A DNA stretch of 64,000 nucleotides from the human T2T-CHM13v2.0 reference genome, Homo sapiens, in assembly GCF_009914755.1 (NCBI RefSeq), contig NC_060928.1; one strand, given 5' to 3'. Below the pieces are notes generated by a model. That model saw nothing but the letters and a program-made list of their open reading frames with translations, ran no database searches and was not told the DNA's origin. Shown here piece after piece: positions 13,291 through 25,272 of this stretch (position 1 is the stretch's first letter; each line of letters begins with the position of its first letter). The translations under genes and the position numbers were made by a program.

Positions 13291-16200
13291 GTCTTTAGTG
13301 ATGATTAGCAAGTAACAAACTTGATCCAATTGTAAGATTTGTACAGCCTAATGTTGGAATTTAAGGAGCAATGTTAAAGCACATCCCTCACTCCATTAAA
13401 AAGTACAAATTGGTTAGGAAATAGAGGAGTCAGAGAGAGAACCACATTTACAGTATTAGTGCAAGGGCTAGGTAAAAGTGTTTGGCTTAGAAAAAGCAAC
13501 CAAAGGGGCATCCTAATAATTCACCTACAAATTGAACTTGCCCCTTGTTAAAACTGCACCCTGTCTGGTGTATGGAAGCAGAGCCTCTTTCGTTAATTTA
13601 CTCTCAGCAAGAAAAGACAGGATACTTCATGCTCCTTGCAGGTATGCAAATTCCAAGGTTTCCAATTAGATAAGTCATTTTGCATCTTCAGAAAGGAGTG
13701 AGAGTATGAAGGAGAGAAGCAGAGGCTGCCATTCTCAAACTTTTTTTCTTACTTAATTAATATGCTCCCAGGGAACATGGGAGAGAAAGAGGGTATTTTC
13801 CTTACAAATAATTCTGGCAATGATGTCAGCATGTGAATATTGTAGAGCTAGAAAGGGTTCTAGTTATGGAACTAGTGTAGAATTCAAGTAGGGCCAGATT
13901 ACTGAGCACCATAATGCCAGGCTATGATATTAGTGTTTTACTTAGAGGAGATTGAAGAAAAGTTACAGGGTTTTGAATGGAGAAGTGGCAAAGCGAAAGC
14001 ACTGTAAACAATAACTTAGATGACCAAGAGGACTTGGCAAATACTGACCACAGAGGACCCTCAGCTTTGATGCGATTATTATGAACTGATATGGCCTGAA
14101 TATTGGTGTGACACATTTAGGTTTACTTTGTTTTACTTTTTTAAGGTTTCCAAGATATATTTCACTGCCAGAGTGACCAAAATGTTCTCTAATCACTACA
14201 AAATATATGTGATTTAGTCTACTAAGGAGACTTATGCTTTAAGCAAATGTAAATAACTACCTTGTAAATATTATAATTTTTAAATAAACACTTTTTAAAG
14301 GGCACATATAGTCCCCTATAAAGATAAGCATTCCTCTCTTTTGCTTTTTTTTTTTCCCTTTCTTTTTGAGTGCCATGCTTTTGGCTAACATCTCTGGCCA
14401 TATTAGAGTCTATCCATATGATTTTTTTCTGTATCGGCATGCTTTCAAAATTACTCAGTGTTGAAAATTTGAAGTCAAGCTTATTATTTCCTCAAAGAGT
14501 TTATTTCTAAAAGTGAGATGGAGTTGTCAGAAAAAAAATTACTAAATGACTAATCAATGAGTTTTAAAATATGAAATAAAATATTAACTATTGTACTATT
14601 TGAATGAAAATCAAGCTTAAATTACATAGAAAGTTAAGCCAGTTGATGAGCTTCATATATTTAGTGGTAAAAGTCTTACATGTCAGAAGCTCCAAAGCCA
14701 ATAGAATATTCTTGATTATTTTTTGTAAAAACTCTGTACTTTTCCTGTAATGAATGATTTATTTTTTACTGCTGGCAATTTAGCAATTATTAACTTCTCC
14801 GTAATTAATGAACAGAAATGGAATCACATGTGAGAGTCTTAATTTTTATTATATGAAGTTTTTCATGTTTTCAAAAACAATTGTCTAATTTTTTCTCCAA
14901 GGATTAATAATTAATAGGTAATTTTCGACATTGCTGTGTTTCTATCTCTTGAGATTATTAGATGTGAATAACTTTTTATAAAATAATTCTCTGGGGTGGA
15001 ATTTCTCATTCTTTGTAGCTGAATCAACCTGTCCCAAGAGAGTTGTGAATTTGGGAACTACAAGAACTGAGTCCAGACTTGTTCAGCTTGGAAGTGTTTG
15101 CGTGTTTACCATTACAGGTGACTTCACTACCTCTTGACCTTCCGTTGAGCCAGTCTGAGCCTGGTGATTTCAACCTGAAAGAGCCTTACCATTTTAGGGT
15201 TAGCATTAAAAACGAGGGAAAGAAATATTTTTCTTATATTCTCCACATGTAATACAGTAAATAGTAATCAAATCAAAGCAAAATGTGAGTGATGAGTCAC
15301 ATTCAGAGGACCTTCTCTATCTTCTCTGGATGCCCTGATATTCTGGATTTCTTTTGAATTCAATAGTATGATGATGTTAATTCTGAGCGCTTGCATTCTA
15401 CAGTGTAAGTTCCAGCCAGTGACTAGAGTTACAGTTTACTGAAATGATCACTGGTGGCAAAGCCTTCTACTGTTCACTTTTTAAAAGGTAGGCTTGATCA
15501 GTGATTAGTGCTATTCCTGCCAAAAATGTGCACAATTAGGAGTTAAGTAAAGGAGTCAGCTGTAAGCACAATTACCAAATAGTGAGGTCACAGCTGGGCT
15601 TTTGTTGATCCCACTTTCCCTCTGTAGATGTTTTAAAGGCATCATACTGTGTTTCAGTGTAACATATAGAGCCTATAACTTGAAGAACATCTTGTTTGCT
15701 TGTTAGTTGTTTCCTAGGAGTTACATTTTGTTGTTGGAATAGGCTACAGCAATTTGAAGAGCATTATTACTTAGCCAATTTAATCTGCATTTGGCTAGAA
15801 CACACTTCAAGTTCTGTGGATAGAGTCCAATTGTTAGGCAAATTTAGATTGCTGCCTTATTATAGTTGAGGCAAAGTTGTACAAAAAAGGAGATAGCAGC
15901 TGTTTAGATGAAATAAGAATTTAACTGGATTTGAACCATGTTGAAGGCCAGACAAGTTTAGGCAAAAGCACAGTTTTGAACACTATTTCTACGATATTAA
16001 AACTTGTGAATGCATTGATATACATCCATTTATTCCTGGAGTATCTAAAGCCCTAACAAAGCCCTGTTAATGCCCATATTACAGTTCCAAATAGAATTGG
16101 GCTGACAATAATGTAAAACAAATAAACAAGATTTCTTAACTAAGAAATAAAATATAGTGGAAGTAATCTGCAATGAATTATTAACTATAACAATAACAAC

Positions 16201-16534
16201 AAAAGCAAAGATAATTATTATAAAGACAATACTATGTATCCCATTTAATAGAATATTTCTATTTCTGTATTTCTTTAATTTGAGATTTTTCAAAGACATC
16301 TACACCTGAAAAGAAAGAGCAAGAATAGTTTCCAGAGTCTCTATTCAAAGCTTCTTTGAAGAGCTCAACAATTGCTTGTACGTTACTTTTTCTTTATATA
16401 GCAAAGATGGAAGCAAAAAACAAATTACAAAAAGTAAAATATTCAAAATGTCTCCACTGAAAAGAATTGGAAAACTTTTCAAAAATAGTTTCAGTTTTGC
16501 CTGAGATCACACCTCCCCTGATTATATCAATATT

Positions 16535-16557
16535 GTGCGTGTGTGTGTGTGTGTGTG
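16535..16557. repeat. (TG)n microsatellite
   Basis: Directly visible. Confidence 0.85.
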
Positions 16558-17974
16558 ACTTTGAGTTCTTGTAGCCTTAGGAAACCATTGAAATTGCATT
16601 TAGGAAAATGGGAAATTTTAGTGGAGATTTTAATTCAATTTAACAAATATTTGCAGAATCTGCATAATGTGCAAAGCCATATATTCCAGGATTATCTTTT
16701 CATCATAATGTATTAAACTTTCTAAATAGATTTCTTAGAGATTAAAATTTGATTTAGAAATACTTGGTTTAATACCATAGGTAAAGATATCTGAAATTCT
16801 GTAAAATTCAATAAATAAGTATTTTCATCATCCTCCACTATGTTCATAAAATTTATAACAAGAGATGCCCAGAATAATATTTGTAGAAAATAGGCTGAAA
16901 TGTATTATATAGAAAATTATGGCATTATGCTAAGCAGGTACATTCAGGATGAAAGAATTAGAAATTTCTTTTAAACATTATGATGCAATTGATCCCTTAT
17001 CTCAACTTTTTAGATACATGGAATAGTATATATATAAACAAAGAAACTTTTTCTTTAGTGATGGTGGAAGCTGCATTTTCTTCTTTGCTAGTTGGCATTC
17101 CTGTGAAAGCAGATTTTGTTGGGACGTTTATGCCCCACAGAGATTCTGTTAAACTTGGTTCTAGAACATCCCGTTTCACAGCATCGACTACTCTAGGCCC
17201 CTTCCCACAATTTAATTCTTAAGATTATTTTCTCTAGAAAATTACTATTTTTATCAAGGTAATAAATGTGCAGTTTACTTTTGTAAAGTCGAATCCTAGT
17301 CCTCTGAGGCCAGCACTTTCCGTTTTTAATTCCTTCGTAACTCTAAACCAGATACTACAGTCTCTGACTTATAGGCTCTAGAAATTGCCCTTTGACAATG
17401 GACATGTACTTGGGAACCACTTTCCTGTCAATTGCTCTTCCTCACCTCTCCAGCAGTTCAGAACTTGTAGCATAATCTTTACCTAAGCCTGTAGTCAGCA
17501 AATACTGTGATTAATTAGCTATTATTCATTACAGACCCAGGTTACATGCTATGATTGTATTGCCTTTTAAAAATACAACTTTCTTCCTTGAGTTCAATAA
17601 TTATTTCACTCTATATCAGTTTAATTTTCTTTGTACCTATTTGCTCAGTTTTGTTCAAATACTACTACTTATCTTACATTTGCCCCAAAATAGTTTTCCC
17701 ATTTGTTTATAAAATTTTAAACTATCTTTCAGTTAAGTGTTTTCTCGCCTTGGAGATGTCTCTCCTACAGCCTGGCTTCTTCCTCCTCTGATTTGGTTAC
17801 TCTCTGGACAGTGTGAAGCTGTTACTTTGTTCTGCTCCATTTTTGATTGCTGCTTCCACAGATAGTGTGCATGTAAGATGCATTTTTTAAGATCTTGAAT
17901 ATCTGAAAATGAATATATTTTACCTCATACGTGAATTGTAACGATGATTTCATTCAAAAGGCTTTTTTGTTATT

Positions 17975-18355
17975 GTTGTTTATTGAGTTCCTACTGTGTA
18001 CCATGCACTATTCTAGGAACTGAAGATAACGAGATTAAGTAGGACAAAATGAATGCAAACTAGGTTCTTATCTAAAAAGAGCTTTTATTTTGGGGTTAGA
18101 GGTATATAGATAAATAACAACAACAACATGTTATTCATGTATCATATATATGTAGTTGTATGTCAACATATCTATCTGCACACATACACATACATGTATA
18201 TAAAGAAAAAGTATGGTAAGGAAGTTAGTGATGTTGGAGTGTTATTTTCTATAGAAAAATCTCAGAAGGTCTAGAAAATTTGAGCAGAGATCAAAAATAA
18301 ATGAAAGATTGAACCATGTTTGTATCTCAGGGGAGAGCATTCCAGACAGAGTGAA
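17975..18355 (-). mobile_element. L2 fragment
   Basis: tttattgagttcctactgtgtaccatgcactattctagg...tttgagcagagat...gggagagcattccagacagag. Confidence 0.75.
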
Positions 18356-18516
18356 AACACCTTACTTCTGCTCCTCTCAGTTAAGACCTCCCATAAATCT
18401 CGGGCCTTTAACTTTTGCCTCAGACTCCGTTTTTAGGGAATCCAGATTAATGATAATTAGACATACATTTTTAGGCTGGAAATAATCTTTCCTCAGAACT
18501 TTAAAATGATTGCTTC

Positions 18517-18823
18517 GCCGGGTGCGGTTGCTCACACCTGTAATCCTAGCACTTTGGGAGGCTGAGGCGGGCAGATCGCGAGGTCAGGAGATCGAGACCA
18601 TCCTGGCTAACACGATGAAACCCCGTCTCCACTAAAAATACAAAAAATTAGCCAGGCGTGGTGGCGGGCGCCTGTAGTCCCGGCTACTCGGGAGGCTGAG
18701 GCAGGAGAATGGTGTGAACCCAGGAGGCGGAGCTTTCAGTGAGTCGATATCTCGCCACTGCACTCCAGCCTGGGCGACACAGTGAGACCCCATCTCAAAA
18801 AAAAAAAAAAAAAAAGAAAAAGA
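18517..18823 (+). mobile_element. AluY, full length
   Basis: GAGATCGAGACCATCCTGGCTAACACG and GAGAATGG..TGAACC diagnostics. 14-bp TSD aaaatgattgcttc (18503-18516 / 18824-18837). Confidence 0.97.
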
Positions 18824-19115
18824 AAAATGATTGCTTCACTGTTTCCTATCATCCACTGAGATGTGTAAGATTTAGAGAAGAAGGAAAAGCAAATACAAGA
18901 TGTTTCTTATTGAGCACATCTAAAAGAAAATGGGCTCAAGAGGAGAGCTGCCCAAGCAAATAGAGTAGCTCACTCACATGCAACATCACTGCAGAGATGG
19001 AAATGGAACTGCTGAATTTTAGTATTATTCATTGGAGGAGGAGGTCTCCTTCCTCTCTTCCATCTCTCAAATTTCAGCCAACAGATGTCAATTCTGGTTA
19101 TTTAGGACTGAAATA

Positions 19116-19444
<329 letters not shown>

Positions 19445-19489
19445 TTAAATTCCGTTGTGTGAATGTTATTCTTTGTATGTACTGAAAAA

Positions 19490-20510
19490 CTCATCACCAA
19501 TATAAAAATGATGAACATATTTAGCACTCACAAAAATTTCCCCTTGCCATTTTGTAAACCCAACCTTCCTGTACTTTCCTACCTTACCACTCTCCCTGGC
19601 AATCACTAATCTGCCTGCTATCACTGTAGATTAGTTTGCACTGTTTAGACATTTATATAAATGAAGGGTAGTATGAACCCTTTTTTGGGGGCTGTGGCAT
19701 CTTTTATGTAGCATGATTATTTTGAGATTCTACTATATTTCAGGCATCAATTGGACATTATTTTTATTACTGAGTAGTACTGTATTGTAAAGTAGGCCAC
19801 AACTTGTTTATCCATTTGCCTGTTGATGGTTTTTGGGTTTGCTCCCAGTTTAGTACTTACACAAATAAACACTTCTGATGAACATTAATGTACAGATGTT
19901 TTTATTACTTTGAGTAAATATTAGGTTAATAGGTGTCAGTCTAGTTTAATAGACTGTCAAAATGTTTGCCAAAATTGTTGTACCATTTTATATTCCCATC
20001 AACAGTATATGAGAATTCCACATTCTTGCCAACACTTTGTATGAGCTGTCTTTTTAAATTTTAGACAATTTAATATGTATACCATAGTATCTTATTGTGG
20101 TTCCATAATGCCCGATACTGTTTAACATCTTTTTATGTGCTTACATGCTATCTGTACACCTTTGGTAAAGTAGATGTTCAATTTATTTTGCCTCTTTTGT
20201 TGTTTTTCTTGCTTTCTCATTATTACATTTTAATAGTATTTTTAATATATTCAGGGTACAATTCTATTATATATGAGATTTGCACATATTTTCTCCTTGT
20301 CTGTGTTTTCTCATTCATTCTCTTAATACTGTATTTCAAATAGCAGATGATCTTAATTTTGATGTAGTCCAATTTATGAATTATTTTTGTGTATTGTGCC
20401 TTTGGTGTTCTAGCTAAAAAATCTTTGATTGAAGATTACAAAGTTTTTCCTACGTTTTCTTCTAGAAGTTGATGGTTTTTGTGCTTTATTTTATATTTAA
20501 GTCAATGATC
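19490..20510 (-). mobile_element. Old L1 (L1MC/MD/ME-like) 3' portion
   Basis: ccctggcaatcactaatctg, tagattagtttgca, taccattttatattcccatcaacagtatatgagaattcc, ttaattttgatgtagtccaattta and ttttcttctagaagtt motifs. Confidence 0.8.
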
Positions 20511-20518
20511 CTATAAGT

Positions 20519-20859
20519 CAGTGGTCCCCAATTGTTTTGCCACCAGGGACCAGTTTTATGGAAGATGATTTTTCCACGGGGGTGGGCCATGGCATGGAGC
20601 AGGTAGATGAAACTGTTCCACCTCAGATTATCAGGCATTAGTTAGATTCTCATAAGGAGTGTGCAACCTAGATCCCTCACATGTGCAGCATTCAAAATAG
20701 GGTTTGTCCTCTTGTGAGAATCTAATGCCACGCCGATCTGACAAGAGGAGCTCAGGCTTTAATGCTTGCTTGCCCACTGCTCACCTCCTGCTGTGCGGCC
20801 CTGTTCCTAACAGGCCAAAGACCCATACTTGTCCACAGCTCCAGGTTTGGGGACCCCTA
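20519..20859 (-). mobile_element. MER1B (hAT-Charlie)
   Basis: TIRs CAGTGGTCCCCAA...TTTGGGGACCCCTA. Perfect 8-bp TSD ctataagt (20511-20518 / 20860-20867). Opposite orientation to the 3724 copy. Confidence 0.93.
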
Positions 20860-21326
20860 CTATAAGTGACAGAACTTTAACTCAAGTAAGTGCCATGCAT
20901 ACCTGGTTCCAGGAGCTTAAATAATGCAATCAGGACATTTCTCCCTCTTTCTGTTGACACTTTTTCTTGTGTTTTAGTTTTATTTCCTTCTTCTTAAGAT
21001 GACTTTCTTTCTATGCAGCAGGAGACTGTGCTACAAATAACATACTTCACATTGTCCTTACATGCCACAGTGGCAAAAAAAGGAAGTGTCCCCTTGATGA
21101 TTCCAGAAGAAAAGCACTAGGTCAGTTGCTACGGTCCAAAGATAGGATGATTTGCTGGAGCTGCATATCATGCCCACCTCTAGGCCTGGGGCTAGGAGGT
21201 CAGTCAGGCCCAGTTGGTGCCCATGGAAATGGCTCTACAAGAAAACAGGTGCTCAAGAGGAGAGCTGCTGAACAACCCATCAAAAAATGGCCACTGCATA
21301 CATACCTGCCATTCCCTGCAATTTTT

Positions 21327-21594
21327 TTTTCTTTTATTATTATACTTTAAGTTTTAGGATACATGTGCACATTGTGCAGGTTAGTTACATATGTATACGT
21401 GTGCCACGCTGGTGCGCTGCACCCACTGACTCATCATCTAGCATTAGGTATATCTCCCAATGCTATCCCTCCCCCCTCCCCCCACCCCACAACACATATA
21501 CACCATGGAATATTATGCAGCCATAAAAAGTGATGAGTTCATGTCCTTTGTAGGGACATGGATGAAATTGGAAATCATCATTCTCAGTAAACTA
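21327..21594 (-). mobile_element. L1PA2-like insertion with 5' inversion (twin priming)
   Basis: Antisense L1 3' end with T tail (21327-21494) joined to a sense segment CACATATACACCATGG...CTCAGTAAACTA. TSD tccctgcaattttt (21313-21326 / 21595-21608). Confidence 0.93.
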
Positions 21595-22374
21595 TCCCTG
21601 CAATTTTTATAAGCAATTGTTTGGGTGAGAAGTGAGTATAAATTCAGCTGTCATTTACCTTCCTTTTTAATGTTGGTACAACGAGTCATGCATTTGACAT
21701 TTTCTGGATTACTTCCATTATAGTTATTTCTGTGTATTAGGTACCAATTTGGAGTATCATCTGGAGAAATAAACTATTATTGCAGTCTATACTTAAATTA
21801 AGTATTCTTAGGAAAGAGAAATATACAGGGAAAGAAAAGACTCGGATAGAAATGCAAGAATAGAGAAAATGGGACCTGGGTATACTAAGGGAAATGGTCC
21901 AGCAGAAAGAATACCTGTGAGAAGCACTGAACTACATAGTTTGTATTACACATACCTCCAGGAAATTACAACTACTGGTGTAAGAACAAATCATTAAAAT
22001 CATATTTTCTAATACTGGGTATTTTCTGCTTTCTTAAATCAGAAGTGGGGTTGGTAGAGAGGTGGGATGTTGTACATATAGGCCACAACTTGCTTATCTA
22101 TTTATCTGTTGATGGGTTTTAGGGTATTAACAAAAAGTATTAATACAGGATAATGGGCACTTTAGGTGATCATAATTGATTTCTCCATTTGGTCTGAGGA
22201 AAATTTTGCCTACTTTTTTTTTTTTTTGTCAGAGGCTTCACTTTTCTTGTCCCGTTCAATTCTATGGTTTAATAAATGGGTAAATACCTATTTATAGATT
22301 CTAAATAGTTTTCTAAAATTCATTTGAAAACACTCTGAAAGCTAATTTTTCCAAGGAAGCGTTGTTTATGCTTT

Positions 22375-22620
22375 AGAGCTGCCCTGTCAAATATGGTAGC
22401 CACTAGCAACAAGTGACTCCTGAGCATTTGAAATGGGGCTAGACCCAACGGAGATGTGCTGTCAGCGTAAAATCCACACCAGATTTTGAAGACTTAGTAT
22501 GAAATAAAATTCAAAATAGCTCATTAATAACTTTTAAATTGGTTACACATTGAAATAATATTTTGCACATATTTTACATATAAATATATTTAAATATAGA
22601 AATAATTTATCTTCATATAA
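22375..22620. mobile_element. MER33 (hAT-Charlie), partial
   Basis: ctgtcaaatatggtagccactag...gagatgtgctgt...cacaccagattttgaagacttagtatga. Confidence 0.8.
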
Positions 22621-22654
22621 AATATTTATTGATTACAAATAAAAAATGTTGACT

Positions 22655-23290
22655 TTTTGGTGGAGAAATCTAGCACAAACTTGATTGTGTGGCTCCTGCT
22701 GTGAAGTCATCAGAAGAGCACAGCATTGTTTCTGTGATGTATGTATGACCTAACTCTGCATGTGAGGAAATATCAGATAGAAATAGGTGAAGCCCATTCA
22801 TCAGAAACAGATTATACTGTTTAAAACTCTCAATGTCATGAAAAACAGGAAAAAATAGAGGAACTGTTTCAGATTGAAGGAAACTAAAGAGACATGACTA
22901 CTAATGCAATGGGAGATCCAGGATTAGATCCAGGACTAGAAAGTAAAAAAGATGTATTTGGAGGACAACTGAGAAAGTTGAATGTGATCACAGCATCTGT
23001 AGACTGACATTAGTGTTGCGTCAATGTTGATATCCGGATATGAATGATTATATTCTAGTTAGGTAGAGCCTGGTTTTAGTATCCCTGTTTTTTTCTGTAA
23101 CTTACTCTAAAATGGTTTGGAAAAATAACATGTCTAATAATTCATATTTAGTACATAATTTTTAATATAGGAGAGAGAGTGCAAATTTGGTGAGAGACTT
23201 ACAATTAGGGAACTTGAGTGAAGTAAATATGAAAGTTCATTATACTTTACTTGGAACTTTTCTGTAAATTTGAAATTCAAAATAAGTTAT
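22655..23290 (+). mobile_element. L1MC4/L1MC5-like 3' end
   Basis: gaggaactgtttcagattgaaggaaactaaagagacatgacta..aatgcaatg and ttggaacttttctgtaaatttgaaatt. Confidence 0.75.
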
Positions 23291-23359
23291 GAAAACTTAT
23301 TGGTCAACCTAAAATGGAACTGAAATAATAGCAATAAGGTAATTAGTAAGAAGACTGAG

Positions 23360-23700
23360 GAAAAAGATATTTAGAGCTTCATGAGGTAATGCTGTGGAGA
23401 GGAAGGGTGAAGTCTTCTGGGACTGGGTTACGGAACTAGATTCTGAAGAGTGGATAGGATTTTGATGACAAGCAGAGCATGGAGAGAAGCAGGGAGGGCA
23501 TTCCAGTTCAGAGAAACGATAAGAACAAAGGATTTGGGATGGAAATAAAGATGGTGTGCTTGGCAAATAATAAATAGACCTGTTTGGCCGGAGTGGAGGA
23601 CTCTTGTTGAGAAATAGTGGGAGACGGGTGGCAGATGTGGAAGGAGTCCAGGGTATAGAAGGTGCATCAATATAAAGCAGAACAAATTAGGGTTTGATCT
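23360..23700 (-). mobile_element. L2 fragment
   Basis: gagtggataggattttga...gggagggcattccag...ggtgtgcttgg...tttggccggagtggagg. Confidence 0.65.
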
Positions 23701-24429
23701 CAGTTTCGAAAGAACTTAGAGACCAAAAGTTCAAGCAAAGCAAAATAGAAAATAATTACTTTGTTTTTTACTTTGTTTATAGAGGTTTTTTTTGTTGTTT
23801 GTTTTAAAGCAACTTTACTCAAGAAAATGTGTCCATTCAAACTTTATATCATTGGCTTAATGTTACTCTAAGACAAACTCATTGTTTTGGGAAAACCTCA
23901 TTTATTTATTAAATAAATATGCATTATTTACTTATTATAGTTTCTTGAACACTTGCAAACCCAAATCCGTCTAAGATCTCTGCACTTGATCTTCCCTCTA
24001 CAAATCCTTCTTTCCCTAGATAATCATATTTTATTTGTTTTGATTTTGATTTTAAAGGAGTAGCTTTGGTTTTAATTTTAGAACCTTTATTAAGAATGCT
24101 TAACTTTTTTTTTTAACGACAACTAGTGTTTTCTCAAAGCTAGTTAGGGATGATCCTTGGAAAATGGCAACGGCCTTCCCAAATATTTTAATACAAAGGT
24201 GTTTATTCTCTATAATTTCCCTCACCTGCCACCATCTCTAGGGAAGCCACATGGTGATGGGTGAGGTCAGATAGGGTAGGTCTTGGCTAATAATCAAGCA
24301 ATAGGAGAGCTTTTTATTCTTGGGCAGTTCATTCACAAAAATTGTATTTAACAATATAATTTTCAGTTTCTATTGGCTTATGATTTTACATATAGTTATT
24401 TAAAGAATATGGGGTCTAAGAAATGTTAT

Positions 24430-24830
24430 GAAATAATGTCTCAAACTTGCTTTTTTATTCTTTTTACAAATAGCTAAAATTTATTTTGATAGTACTTGTT
24501 GAGCAACTATTTATTTTCTCTTTGATTTCTGAGGCCATTATCATTCTCTACTACATTATTATGTACACTGCTTTCCTTCTGGATTATTGTTCTTTTCCAT
24601 TGATCTATCTCACAAATGTTATATCACCATACTATGTGCTGATAAAAATTTATAATGTATTTTTATTTCTGAGCCCCTAAGTTCCTTTCATTATTCTTTA
24701 TTTCCCCATAGATATTCTCACATGTTTGCTTATACAAAAGAACTTTAGAATCAATTTCTTGAGTTTCAGAAAAAAAGTAGATTTTTATGGGAATTATATT
24801 TGCTATAAATCAATTTGGAAATAACAATAG
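24430..24830 (-). mobile_element. Old L1M fragment
   Basis: ttgttgagcaactatttatt...gaactttagaatcaatttcttgagtt...ctataaatcaatttggaa. Confidence 0.6.
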
Positions 24831-24846
24831 AAAATCTGTATTTTTA

Positions 24847-25272
24847 TGTAGTCTTTCCACTTAGGATTAAGTACCTTCCAAAGAAATGTGCCTGCCTGGA
24901 ATTTGTAAGGTAGACGTGAGATGGAGGCTCTTCTTTCTGTGATGGTAACAGTTGATGGACAGGCTCTCACAGATGCCAGTTTTTCAGAGGCCAGACCAGG
25001 CTGCATGTGCTACTCTCTGGTGGAATGGGTAGCTGTGGTAACAGTGCTAGTTTCCAGATATTTCCTAACCTCAGACTGTTTCAAAAGTAATGAAGAGCTA
25101 AACAGTTTTCTATTTGGATAGCACTTGCATGGCATGGGCTTGCCGCCTGGTGGCAGTCCCATGACATTCACTCTTTCTTTAATTCCAGTAAAATTTTAAG
25201 TACCCAATTCATTTTTTTTTTGGGTGAAATACCTAGGGTGATTTCTAGTTCTTGCACTGGAACTTAGTCCTA
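24847..25272 (+). mobile_element. Old ERVL-class LTR (LTR41/LTR16/LTR33 group; family uncertain)
   Basis: TG start (tgtagtctttccac), ERVL-LTR-like 3' end (ttttttgggtgaaatacctagggtgatttct.gtt.ttgcac..gaac), followed directly by ERVL-internal-like sequence. Confidence 0.5.
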
